Assembly (NCBI GenBank): GCA_964355745.1
Contig: CAYHEN010000002.1
Span: forward strand, 1-42,788
Direction of reading: 5' to 3'
Length of the DNA stretch: 42,788 nt
Source of the DNA: Candidatus Woesearchaeota archaeon
GTDB taxonomy: Archaea; Nanobdellota; Nanobdellia; Pacearchaeales; GW2011-AR1
The translations under genes and the position numbers were made by a program. Numbering within the stretch: position 1 is the first letter of the stretch; each line of letters opens with the position of its first letter. Under the pieces are notes generated by a model that saw only the letters and a program-made list of their open reading frames with translations, ran no database searches and had not been told where the DNA came from. Positions 7,601 through 15,474 of this stretch are shown here, one piece after another.

Positions 7601-10174
7601 TTATGCAACTACAAGTTCAGCACTTGTTGCTGAAGTTCCCTTGTATTTCTTTCCTACAGCTATATCTGGAAGTTGCATCTTCAAGTAAGTAACAGCATTC
7701 TTAGTGTCATCAGCTTCATAACCAGCGACAATCAAAGCAACCGTACCAGTTGAGTAAGTGCTTGCTAAGCTTTGAATCAGGAATTGATTTGAACCAACGC
7801 CTGTCTTGTCTGTGAAGTCAGCACCACATCCAGCTCCTCCTAACAATGTAGAAGCAACTGAATTAATACAGCTTCCACCAATAACTACTAAGTTCTTACT
7901 GCTTACAGAGCTTACCTCAGAGTCTTTTACAAGAACATCTCCGAGCTGTGCTCCAGCAACACTAGTTGTACCTGCTGTAATGCTTGCGCCTATTGCGCTG
8001 AAAATTACGTCAAAGTACATCTGAGAATCTGGGTAATACAATGTAGCTAACCCATTCTGGTTAGTCCTATCCTCTTTAGTTGCAAAGATTCCGTATTTAT
8101 CTACAATATCTTTCTTGAAAGTGTCTGAACCAAGTGTAATCCAACCCGAATTCGAACCGTTGAAAACTGGATCTCCCATAGCCATCTGGGTAGTCCCTGT
8201 TGTTGTCAATGGAATACATACAAAATTTCCGAATGTTGAATCATCCCATTTCTTAGGTTCTAGATATAACAAAGCTGGTCCATTGTAAGTGTTGAAATTA
8301 CAAACAGGATTCGCTATTCCTACAACTTGTGTATAGTTTGTGTTAGCTGAAACCGCAGTAATATTCCATCTAATTCCATTCACCATAAGTATCTCTGAAA
8401 TATTACTCACTCCTGTTCCAGTAGTAGTTAATGTTGTTACTCCGTTTGGTAAAATTACAAGTGAATCATTTACAAGAACCGTTGAATTAGTAGTTGTCAA
8501 AAATGCAAGCCAACCACCACCACCCAACTTTATTCTTGGGAATAAAGTTCTGCTTCCAGTAGCACTCCATGTTATATTCACAGTAGTCCAAGCAGGATTA
8601 ACACTTAACGTGTATCCTGTTCCACCCCAAGCATTTACTTGTGCGTTAATATACGCATTACCTGCAGTGTTATTTGTTACTGTTATTGTTTGTGATTCTT
8701 GAGTTATAGCATCTGTAAGAGTAACAGTTCCTGTAAGTGCATCACCCTTGTTGTCCAAGCTGTCAACCTGAAGAATTGTTCCAGCATCTCCCTGGTTTAC
8801 AATAATCCAGTCGTTCAATACAGCAGGTTCTCCTTCAAGTACATGGATGATTCCTTTACCATTTGCGCTTGGCTGTGTTGAATGAGCCAATAAAGCCTGA
8901 ACAGCTGTTGTAGCAGTATTGTTATCATAAACATACTGTAACCTTTCTTCTCCAGCACTTCCTGCTCTTGCGCTTGTAAAAGTTACCCAAGCAGATTGTG
9001 TGTTACTGCTTCCTGCGTCTGCAATAATCTTTCCTCTGCTTGCAGAATCAAGAGTTGGAACCACATTTGCAAGTGCTACCTTTAATCCACCGAAAACAGG
9101 GTCTGTGAATGATTGTCCTAATGCGATAGAGTCATTCTGCGATTTAGCAGCAGCAACATTTACAGTAACTCCAGAAATTACTCCCCACCCAGCACCAGTT
9201 ATTGTTGCACTGGTACCTTGAATTGAGGTTTCATCAGCTCCTTTCTTTACTGTCTGTCCATTGACTAGCTTCAAACTGCTTGCTCCAACAATAAGTTCTG
9301 CTTGTCTTACATCTCCAGCATAAGCTGGGTGTATTATGTCTTTGATATAGACATTTATACCGCCTGCGAAAGCGTAGTTGCTTCCTTCTGTTACAGTCTT
9401 GCTTATTCCATCAACTTTTATTGTTGCGTGTGTAGTATCTGAAGTTGTTATTAAGTCTACAGTGTGAGCAGTTCCTCCAACATCAACGCTTATACTCTCT
9501 GCTCCAGAAACAGTTACTGTTGTACCAGAGCCATATAAGTAAAGAGTCGTGTTTGTTGAACTAGCACCAATTACATAATCCACTCCAAGTATTTTTATCT
9601 TTTGTCCCTGAACATTTGTTGTATCAGAAACATTAAGACTCTTAGTGAAACTTAGAGTGTAATTGTATAATGTTCCAGCAGTTGTAGTAGCATCAATATA
9701 TAATACTGGGTCATTTAAATCTCCTCCACTAGTTCCATAAGCAAGAGTTGCATGACCTACTTTGATAGTTTGTGTATAGCCATAAGCTGTTCCAGACAAA
9801 TCTGTAACTGTGCCACTTGCTAAAACGCTTCCTAGTTCAGTATAAGTCAAAGAAGGTATTGGTGAAAGTATAGCATCTGCATAGTAGAGCTTTCTGGTTG
9901 AAGTTGATAAAATTTTGCTATCTCCTCCACTAACAGTTGTAGCACTGCTACCTCCAGAACTCATATATGATTGTAGGTTAGCCTGAATATTTCCTGCCTG
10001 AACTAAGTCAAGAGAAGAAACACCAGAACCAGTACCATAAACAACTGCTACGTTTGCAGCTCCTCCACTCACGAATGGAGATGGATAACTAGCAGCAGCA
10101 GCAACGCCCATGGTCATTCCCATCATTAATGCACTAGCCGCAATTGCTGAGACTTTTCTAAAATTTAATCTCAT
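7601..10174 (-). CDS. major S-layer protein (Methanococcus/Thermococcus type)
   Basis: RKVSAIAASALM signal peptide, AVVYG...DLVQAGNI N-terminal and NLVVIGGSCINS...IVAGYEADDT C-terminal motifs; GGAGGT SD. Confidence 0.9.
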   Translation of the reverse strand: MRLNFRKVSAIAASALMMGMTMGVAAAASYPSPFVSGGAANVAVVYGTGSGVSSLDLVQAGNIQANLQSYMSSGGSSATTVSGGDSKILSTSTRKLYYADAILSPIPSLTYTELGSVLASGTVTDLSGTAYGYTQTIKVGHATLAYGTSGGDLNDPVLYIDATTTAGTLYNYTLSFTKSLNVSDTTNVQGQKIKILGVDYVIGASSTNTTLYLYGSGTTVTVSGAESISVDVGGTAHTVDLITTSDTTHATIKVDGISKTVTEGSNYAFAGGINVYIKDIIHPAYAGDVRQAELIVGASSLKLVNGQTVKKGADETSIQGTSATITGAGWGVISGVTVNVAAAKSQNDSIALGQSFTDPVFGGLKVALANVVPTLDSASRGKIIADAGSSNTQSAWVTFTSARAGSAGEERLQYVYDNNTATTAVQALLAHSTQPSANGKGIIHVLEGEPAVLNDWIIVNQGDAGTILQVDSLDNKGDALTGTVTLTDAITQESQTITVTNNTAGNAYINAQVNAWGGTGYTLSVNPAWTTVNITWSATGSRTLFPRIKLGGGGWLAFLTTTNSTVLVNDSLVILPNGVTTLTTTGTGVSNISEILMVNGIRWNITAVSANTNYTQVVGIANPVCNFNTYNGPALLYLEPKKWDDSTFGNFVCIPLTTTGTTQMAMGDPVFNGSNSGWITLGSDTFKKDIVDKYGIFATKEDRTNQNGLATLYYPDSQMYFDVIFSAIGASITAGTTSVAGAQLGDVLVKDSEVSSVSSKNLVVIGGSCINSVASTLLGGAGCGADFTDKTGVGSNQFLIQSLASTYSTGTVALIVAGYEADDTKNAVTYLKMQLPDIAVGKKYKGTSATSAELVVA

Positions 10175-10342
10175 CTATTTTTTAACCTCCTTTCAATTAT
10201 ATAAGTATGTTGTCTAAGACAACTTCCTCTCAACTAGGTGACATAGGGTAAATCATCCTGCTGAGATGAACATGAACTTTCTAACACCCTATTAGAACAC
10301 TCTCAACGAGTGCTATATTAAAAATCCGATTTCCTTTAAAAA
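10175..10342 (-). promoter_or_regulatory. S-layer promoter and long structured 5' leader
   Basis: TATA-like TTTAAA near 10335-10342; hairpins at 10297-10313, 10243-10249/10286-10292 and 10209-10223; SD at 10185-10190. Confidence 0.6.
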
Positions 10343-10584
10343 GCTTATTGTAATGTTTTACTCTTCTATATCAAAACTACCTATTTTTCCTATATTTATT
10401 TATAAAGGTTATGACATCACTATATTATGATTACACTTTTAGAGTGTTTCTAAAAGGTAGGAAAAGAAAGATTTATTAACATATGCTATTTATTTATAAT
10501 ATATTATTAAAAATAATATATAAGTAAGATATATATTATCAAGATATATAAATAAAAAAAACACATATTATCTAAAGGGGTAAA

Positions 10585-10929
10585 ATGACAACAAGAGAGA
10601 TAACAATAAAAGAGTCTAAAGGAGCATTTTCACTCTTCAAAAAATCCTCTAAAGGCAAAGAAGGGTATGATTTTTCAGGAATATCTGCCTTAAGGCAATT
10701 ATTGAATAATGAGAAAGCCAGGATTTTGAGTGTCATAAAAACAGAAAAACCTGCCTCTTTATACGATTTAGCTAAAAAGCTGAACAGGAGTTTTAAGTCA
10801 GTCCACGATGATATCAGACTTTTAGAGAGATTTGGCTTTATAGAACTCGTTGAAGAGAAAGTGAATAACAGGACAAGACACAAGCCTCATTTAATTGCAG
10901 ATACTATAACAATACATCTCAAGATTTAA
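10585..10929 (+). CDS. winged-HTH protein (HVO_A0114-like regulator/antitoxin)
   Basis: KPASLYDLAKKLNRSFKSVHDDIRLLERFGFI HTH. Confidence 0.8.
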   Translation: MTTREITIKESKGAFSLFKKSSKGKEGYDFSGISALRQLLNNEKARILSVIKTEKPASLYDLAKKLNRSFKSVHDDIRLLERFGFIELVEEKVNNRTRHKPHLIADTITIHLKI

Positions 10930-11474
10930 TAATAGACATTAAGCGAAACTTCATAATTATTGCCCCTCTTGGCGAAATCCTGAAATGCTCCTTTATAATT
11001 TCTTGTTTCATTTCCTTTTTTAAACAATAATCTTTCTTGCTCTCCAACACTTATGCTGAATTTATACCCTTTTACAGCGCTTTGTTCATTGATATTCCAC
11101 GCATTTTCTATTATTCCCTTTAAACTCTCATTGAGGATTTCGCAACTGTCTCTTTCATCAAGGCACTTTTCTTCTCTCTCACAAGCCACAATTAAATCCT
11201 GTATTGATAAAAATTCTATCTGATTCTCACACTCGCTCGTGTATTGCAATGCAGATTGTATAAAACTTTCTACTTCATAACTCTCAACAGCACTCTTGTC
11301 AGGACTTCTAAGCAAAAACCCAAGCAAAACCAGTAAAACCACTGAAACTATGACTACGATTACTACAAATCCCACCATTTCTTCTTGTCCCGAGCGATTT
11401 CGCGAGAGAGTCGGTTTAATCCAGTGACGAGCGAAGTCGCGAGCAGTTTTGATTTTATTTGTTTTTATTTTCAT
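10926..11474 (-). CDS. class III signal peptide (type IV pilin-like) protein
   Basis: RSG|QEEMVGFVVIVVIV hydrophobic stretch; start 11474 by ATGA overlap and GAGGAG SD. Confidence 0.8.
   Translation of the reverse strand: MKIKTNKIKTARDFARHWIKPTLSRNRSGQEEMVGFVVIVVIVSVVLLVLLGFLLRSPDKSAVESYEVESFIQSALQYTSECENQIEFLSIQDLIVACEREEKCLDERDSCEILNESLKGIIENAWNINEQSAVKGYKFSISVGEQERLLFKKGNETRNYKGAFQDFAKRGNNYEVSLNVYY
11391..11443 (+). repeat. GA-bracketed hairpin element A1, in-frame within a pilin leader
   Basis: C-GA-GCGATTTCGC-GA-(23 nt with TAATCCA)-GA-GCGAAGTCGC-GA-G. Confidence 0.85.
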
Positions 11475-12052
11475 GTTCTCTTCTCCTCTGAACTCACCAT
11501 AAGTCGTGCAAGTTCGCATTTATCATATATCATAATTCCATTTGATTCTTTTCTGCATAAGGAAACAAAATTAGAGATAGCAGGCAGAGTGTTCACGTCT
11601 TTGTCAAGAATATTCAAGATATCACAATCAGGATAGTTGCTCTCACTGCAAACGACATTTCCTTCGCTTGGATAAACTTTCCTTAATTCTATCTTTGCCA
11701 CTCTCCAGAGCTCTGAATCTTCGTCTACTCTGTACTTTAAAGCGATTAATTTGTCAAAATCAACACAGCTTGTTCTGCTACTCCCAAATGCATTTCCGCA
11801 TGAAAATTCAGGAGAATTCGCTAATTTAGAAACAAGGAGCATTGCATTCTGCTCTTCAAGATTAGTCGCTGTTTTCTTGACATTATACAATCTTATAGAC
11901 AAGAAGAAAATACCGACAAGTATGAATAAGAAAGTCACAGCTACAAGCATAAAAGTCATCTGCTGGATTTTCATTTGTGCCGAGCGACTTCGCGGAAGAC
12001 AGGCTCGTGATAAACGAGCGAAGTCGCGAGTTGTTTTTGTTATTTTTCTCAT
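11471..12052 (-). CDS. class III signal peptide (type IV pilin-like) protein
   Basis: RSA|QMKIQQMTFMLVAVTFLFILVGIFF; Cys-containing globular domain. Confidence 0.8.
   Translation of the reverse strand: MRKITKTTRDFARLSRACLPRSRSAQMKIQQMTFMLVAVTFLFILVGIFFLSIRLYNVKKTATNLEEQNAMLLVSKLANSPEFSCGNAFGSSRTSCVDFDKLIALKYRVDEDSELWRVAKIELRKVYPSEGNVVCSESNYPDCDILNILDKDVNTLPAISNFVSLCRKESNGIMIYDKCELARLMVSSEEKRT
11981..12030 (+). repeat. GA-bracketed hairpin element A2, in-frame within a pilin leader
   Basis: C-GA-GCGACTTCGC-GG-(20 nt)-GA-GCGAAGTCGC-GA-G, perfect 10-bp stem. Confidence 0.85.
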
Positions 12053-12067
12053 TTTTGATTCTTTTAT

Positions 12068-12153
12068 GCGATTTCCATCGGAGGCAGTTGGAGAAATCGC
12101 CCCAACACTACCGAAAAGGAAGGTTGATTGTCAAGGAAACCAAGGTTTCCTTG
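12068..12153. repeat. hairpin module B (second copy at 21685) plus palindrome CAAGGAAAC-CAAG-GTTTCCTTG
   Basis: GCGATTTC...GAAATCGC; about 60 bp aligns with 21685..21743. Confidence 0.8.
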
Positions 12154-12155
12154 CA

Positions 12156-13094
12156 TTACCATAACATGCAAATCCCCGCGTTATTTTTCTCTTCTATTAT
12201 GTCTGCTTTCATTTTGACTAAAGCCAAATGCTCAGAGCTTCTTAAACTTGAAGCCATGTCGCTTAATTCTTCCAAATCATTTCCAAGATTTTCTCCACAC
12301 CCTTTTTTCTTGGTAATCATTTCTTTATCCTTGTATAATAAGGAAATCTCCTTTACTCTCATCATCAACCTGTTCACTTGGCATTCATAAACATCCTTGT
12401 TTGAGAAAATCGCAGCATACATCAATGCTTTTGCATCTTCCCCAATCCCCGCGAAATACATGTTCTCTCCATCTTTTTCAACAACCCCTGAATCATAATC
12501 AACATTTATGTCACAATTTCCTCCACCAAAACAAACTTTTATTTCTTCTCCAGTGCACCACCCTTCAACCAGCAGGTTGCTCTGGTTTAAATCCAATATT
12601 TCTTCTTCTACATCATTTGGAGCGCTGATAAAACAATAAAAATCATTTGCAGAAGTCATGTAGATTAAATCAGTTATCTTGAAGGGAAATTGAAAAGGTT
12701 TTGAGAAAATGTAAAATTTTTTTCCTTCAATTTCTTCATCTGAGAAAATATATTTGTTATTGAAGAAGACATTTATATCTGTCTTAGTCCATTTGTTAAA
12801 ATTCTTTTGGTCTAATTGTATTATCTGTCTTCCAAAGCTGCCAAGCTCATCGCAACTATTATGAATTCTTGTCTCAGAAGGAATGCTTATAGAGGTTGTT
12901 TGACTTGATTCAAAGCTCGTTTCAAGAGGATTTAACAGGATTCCAATCTCTTTTCCTGTTTCAGCACTTATGATTTCTTTTTCTGTGCTTATCAATCTCG
13001 TGCTGAAATAAATAGCAAAAAATAAGATTATTGCTCCTGCAATCAATGCAAAAAGCCAACCAAAGGATATTTCTAAAGCACCTCTTTTAATCAT
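12156..13094 (-). CDS. class III signal peptide (pilin-like) protein
   Basis: MIKRG|ALEISFGWLFALIAGAIILFF. Confidence 0.8.
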   Translation of the reverse strand: MIKRGALEISFGWLFALIAGAIILFFAIYFSTRLISTEKEIISAETGKEIGILLNPLETSFESSQTTSISIPSETRIHNSCDELGSFGRQIIQLDQKNFNKWTKTDINVFFNNKYIFSDEEIEGKKFYIFSKPFQFPFKITDLIYMTSANDFYCFISAPNDVEEEILDLNQSNLLVEGWCTGEEIKVCFGGGNCDINVDYDSGVVEKDGENMYFAGIGEDAKALMYAAIFSNKDVYECQVNRLMMRVKEISLLYKDKEMITKKKGCGENLGNDLEELSDMASSLRSSEHLALVKMKADIIEEKNNAGICMLW

Positions 13095-13512
13095 TTTCCA
13101 AACCCCTTAGATATTTTTTAATTAAAATATGAATCATGTTTTTTATTTCCTTGATATTTTCCCTGGTTTCTTCTACTGAAATATCTTTGCCATAATAATT
13201 TATCGAATTTCTGATTTTTCTGAATCTGTCAAATTTTCTCGATAACGCTTCTTCTTCTAATTCTTTTAAAAAAGATGTAAATGCTTCATGTGAATAAATT
13301 TTATAACCCCTAATAGAGGAAATTGCTTCTAATATACTTCTTAAGACATCATAATAATTGGTCATTAGTTTCCTTGATGAACTTTTGTCTATCCCTAGTT
13401 TATCTAAGAATTTAAGATCTTCAATTGAATTTTTTAATAGCGATTTAGATAGAGATTTATCTATAGATGCTTTTCTTATAATTTCTTCCCTAATAAAATC
13501 TTTAAAATCCAT
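13087..13512 (-). CDS. HEPN-domain protein (toxin of an MNT-HEPN pair)
   Basis: helical HEPN pattern, YSHEA, RKIRNSINYYG; TAATG coupling to the upstream MNT gene. Confidence 0.78.
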   Translation of the reverse strand: MDFKDFIREEIIRKASIDKSLSKSLLKNSIEDLKFLDKLGIDKSSSRKLMTNYYDVLRSILEAISSIRGYKIYSHEAFTSFLKELEEEALSRKFDRFRKIRNSINYYGKDISVEETRENIKEIKNMIHILIKKYLRGLEND

Positions 13513-14051
13513 TAAAAAATCTCCCAAAATCCATAAAGTATTTTGCCATTAATGATATTATTCAATAACTCCGTATTTTTTATTTTCATTTTTTCTATTT
13601 CTTTTTTTGAATGGACAAATATCTGAATTTTATGTCCAAGTTTTTCCTCAAATTTTTTTAAGTTTATTTCTTTTTTTAACAGACTTAAAACGAATATGTC
13701 TATATCACTATTTTTTATATTTTCTGCTTTAGAAAAGCTCCCAAATAAAATTATTGCTTCTGGATGATTAAATTCCTGTGCAAGATACCCAATTAATCCA
13801 GACTCATATAATAGGTTTATATTATAATTTATCCTAAGCCTCTTAAACTTTTCATTACTTTCATCTGCCTTAAATATCAGATGATTCAATTTTCTCTCTG
13901 ATATCAAAATTTTCTCTTTTTCAAGTTTTTTTAGATGTTTGGATATTGTTGTTGGCGATTTTTTAAGGAGTTTTGATATTTGTCTTACATGAAATTCCTT
14001 CCCCGGTTCGCTAAAAAAGATCTCCAAGATATTGTTCATTTTAAAAGACAA
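13512..14051 (-). CDS. wHTH-fused minimal nucleotidyltransferase (MNT antitoxin)
   Basis: N-terminal HTH; GSFSKAENIKNSDID matches GS-x10-DxD. Confidence 0.88.
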   Translation of the reverse strand: MSFKMNNILEIFFSEPGKEFHVRQISKLLKKSPTTISKHLKKLEKEKILISERKLNHLIFKADESNEKFKRLRINYNINLLYESGLIGYLAQEFNHPEAIILFGSFSKAENIKNSDIDIFVLSLLKKEINLKKFEEKLGHKIQIFVHSKKEIEKMKIKNTELLNNIINGKILYGFWEIF

Positions 14052-14078
14052 TTGTCCAAAATAATATACAATTGTCCA
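14047..14078. promoter_or_regulatory. putative autoregulatory operator of the MNT-HEPN module
   Basis: two ACAATTGTCCA copies 20 bp apart, each with palindrome ACAATTGT, next to a TTTAAA box. Confidence 0.6.
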
Positions 14079-14117
14079 TTTTTAAATCTTTCTTTTCTGA
14101 AATCCTCAATTAACATT

Positions 14118-14567
14118 TTATCTCTCAACTCTCACAAGGCTCTCCCCATAGCCTTTTACTATTGTCAAGCTTACTTTTCCCTTGACATTCTGTATGCAGT
14201 AAGGGTCTTCATCTTTTGTAATCTTAGCAATATCTATATTCTCAATTAAATCTCCTTTTATCAAAGTGCTGGAAACAAATTCCAAATTCTGAAATTCATC
14301 GTCTTTAAAACATACTGCACTTACTTTATTTGGAAGAGGATATTTAATGTTCTGGCTTCCCTGAGAACTTTTCCACATTGTGTCAATATCTTGCTGAAAA
14401 TCTCTCAGGAAATTTTCAATCTGAATAGAATCCTGCAACTCGATAAATTTTGTTATAGCATAAAATCCAAATGCAATAAAAACAATTATTAATATGATAG
14501 AAAAAATCATGCCGAAAGATAAATTTAATTGTCCTTTATGATTTTTCATCTTCCTCTTTTTATTCAT
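14118..14567 (-). CDS. class III signal peptide (pilin-like) protein
   Basis: HKG|QLNLSFGMIFSIILIIVFIAFGF. Confidence 0.82.
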   Translation of the reverse strand: MNKKRKMKNHKGQLNLSFGMIFSIILIIVFIAFGFYAITKFIELQDSIQIENFLRDFQQDIDTMWKSSQGSQNIKYPLPNKVSAVCFKDDEFQNLEFVSSTLIKGDLIENIDIAKITKDEDPYCIQNVKGKVSLTIVKGYGESLVRVER

Positions 14568-14601
14568 AAATAGAAAAACAGAATGTAACTTATAAATTTT
14601 G

Positions 14602-14949
14602 TTAATCCAATGCCAAACTTATTTTTATAGCGAGATTAACCTTATTCATTAAATAAAAATCCAATGAACTTATTTTTTTTATTATTCTGGACTTATCAAT
14701 TGTTCTAATCTGATTTAATAGTATGGTAGAATCATTATTTAATTTTGAATCTTTTTTAGATAGAAAAACATTTGTTGGAAATTCTTTTGTAAATTTTTTT
14801 GAAGTCAATGACGCAACAATTGTTACAGGAGAATATTTATTGGATAAATCATTCTGAATTATTAAAACAGGTCTTATTCCTCCTTGCTCACTTCCTTCTA
14901 CTGGTTCTAAATTTGCAAGAAAAATATCTCCTCTCTTAATTTCTACCAT
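14602..14949 (-). CDS. mazF: MazF/PemK family endoribonuclease toxin
   Basis: RGDIFLANLEPVEGSEQGGIRPVLIIQND and QIRTIDKSR. Confidence 0.95.
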   Translation of the reverse strand: MVEIKRGDIFLANLEPVEGSEQGGIRPVLIIQNDLSNKYSPVTIVASLTSKKFTKEFPTNVFLSKKDSKLNNDSTILLNQIRTIDKSRIIKKISSLDFYLMNKVNLAIKISLALD

Positions 14950-15179
14950 TTTTCATCTTCTAATCCATCCATTAAAGTTCCTTCCCATTCTTTAGCTATT
15001 CTAAGACTCTCTTCAGCCATCTCTTTACATCCTTCAATAAGCAATTCTTTCTGCTCTCTTCTACATTTTTCAGCAGTTTTCATTAGAGTTAAAATAACAT
15101 CTTCATATGTCTCTTTTTTAGACTTCATCCTATCAAGAGCTTTTTTTACACTTTCATTAAGCTGAATTGTTGTAACCAT
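14943..15179 (-). CDS. RHH-type antitoxin
   Basis: TTIQL...ETYEDVI ribbon-helix-helix, acidic tail, overlaps mazF. Confidence 0.8.
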   Translation of the reverse strand: MVTTIQLNESVKKALDRMKSKKETYEDVILTLMKTAEKCRREQKELLIEGCKEMAEESLRIAKEWEGTLMDGLEDEKW

Positions 15180-15181
15180 AG

Positions 15182-15208
15182 AACTATAGAATTGCTATAG
15201 TTTATAAA
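15182..15208 (-). promoter_or_regulatory. MazEF operator and TATA box
   Basis: inverted repeat AACTATAG-N5-CTATAGTT adjoining TTTATAAA. Confidence 0.65.
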
Positions 15209-15392
15209 TTTTGTTAATACCCTTTTCCAACCTGTCTCTAATTTGTCTCGTGCTAAAGCACTCGAGATTTAATACTCTGTTAATAAAGAAGATGAAACTA
15301 TCTTATTAATATTAAACATATATGAAAATGTTGATTAGCTGATTATATCAATATCACGAGCCGAACATGGTGAGCAGAAATTTAGTTGGAAG

Positions 15393-15470
15393 ATTAAGCC
15401 GAGCGATTTCATGAGTATCGCGCCAAATTGTGAGCGAAGTCGTGAGTTAAAGAAACTGTAGGTTGTCTCG
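15393..15470 (+). repeat. GA-bracketed hairpin element A3 with conserved tail
   Basis: ATTAAGCC-GA-GCGATTTCAT-GA...GA-GCGAAGTCGT-GA-GTTAAAGAAACTGTAGGTTGTCTCG; matches 21739..21812. Confidence 0.85.
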
Positions 15471-15474
15471 CAAT

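Noticed and set aside
10480-10572. Very AT-rich tract as a replication origin
   Set aside because: No ORB-like repeats or cdc6 gene; more simply a divergent promoter region.
11391-12030. Bulge-helix-bulge introns in pilin genes
   Set aside because: No 3-4-3 BHB found; the better-pairing strand is antisense to the mRNA and frames are open without splicing.
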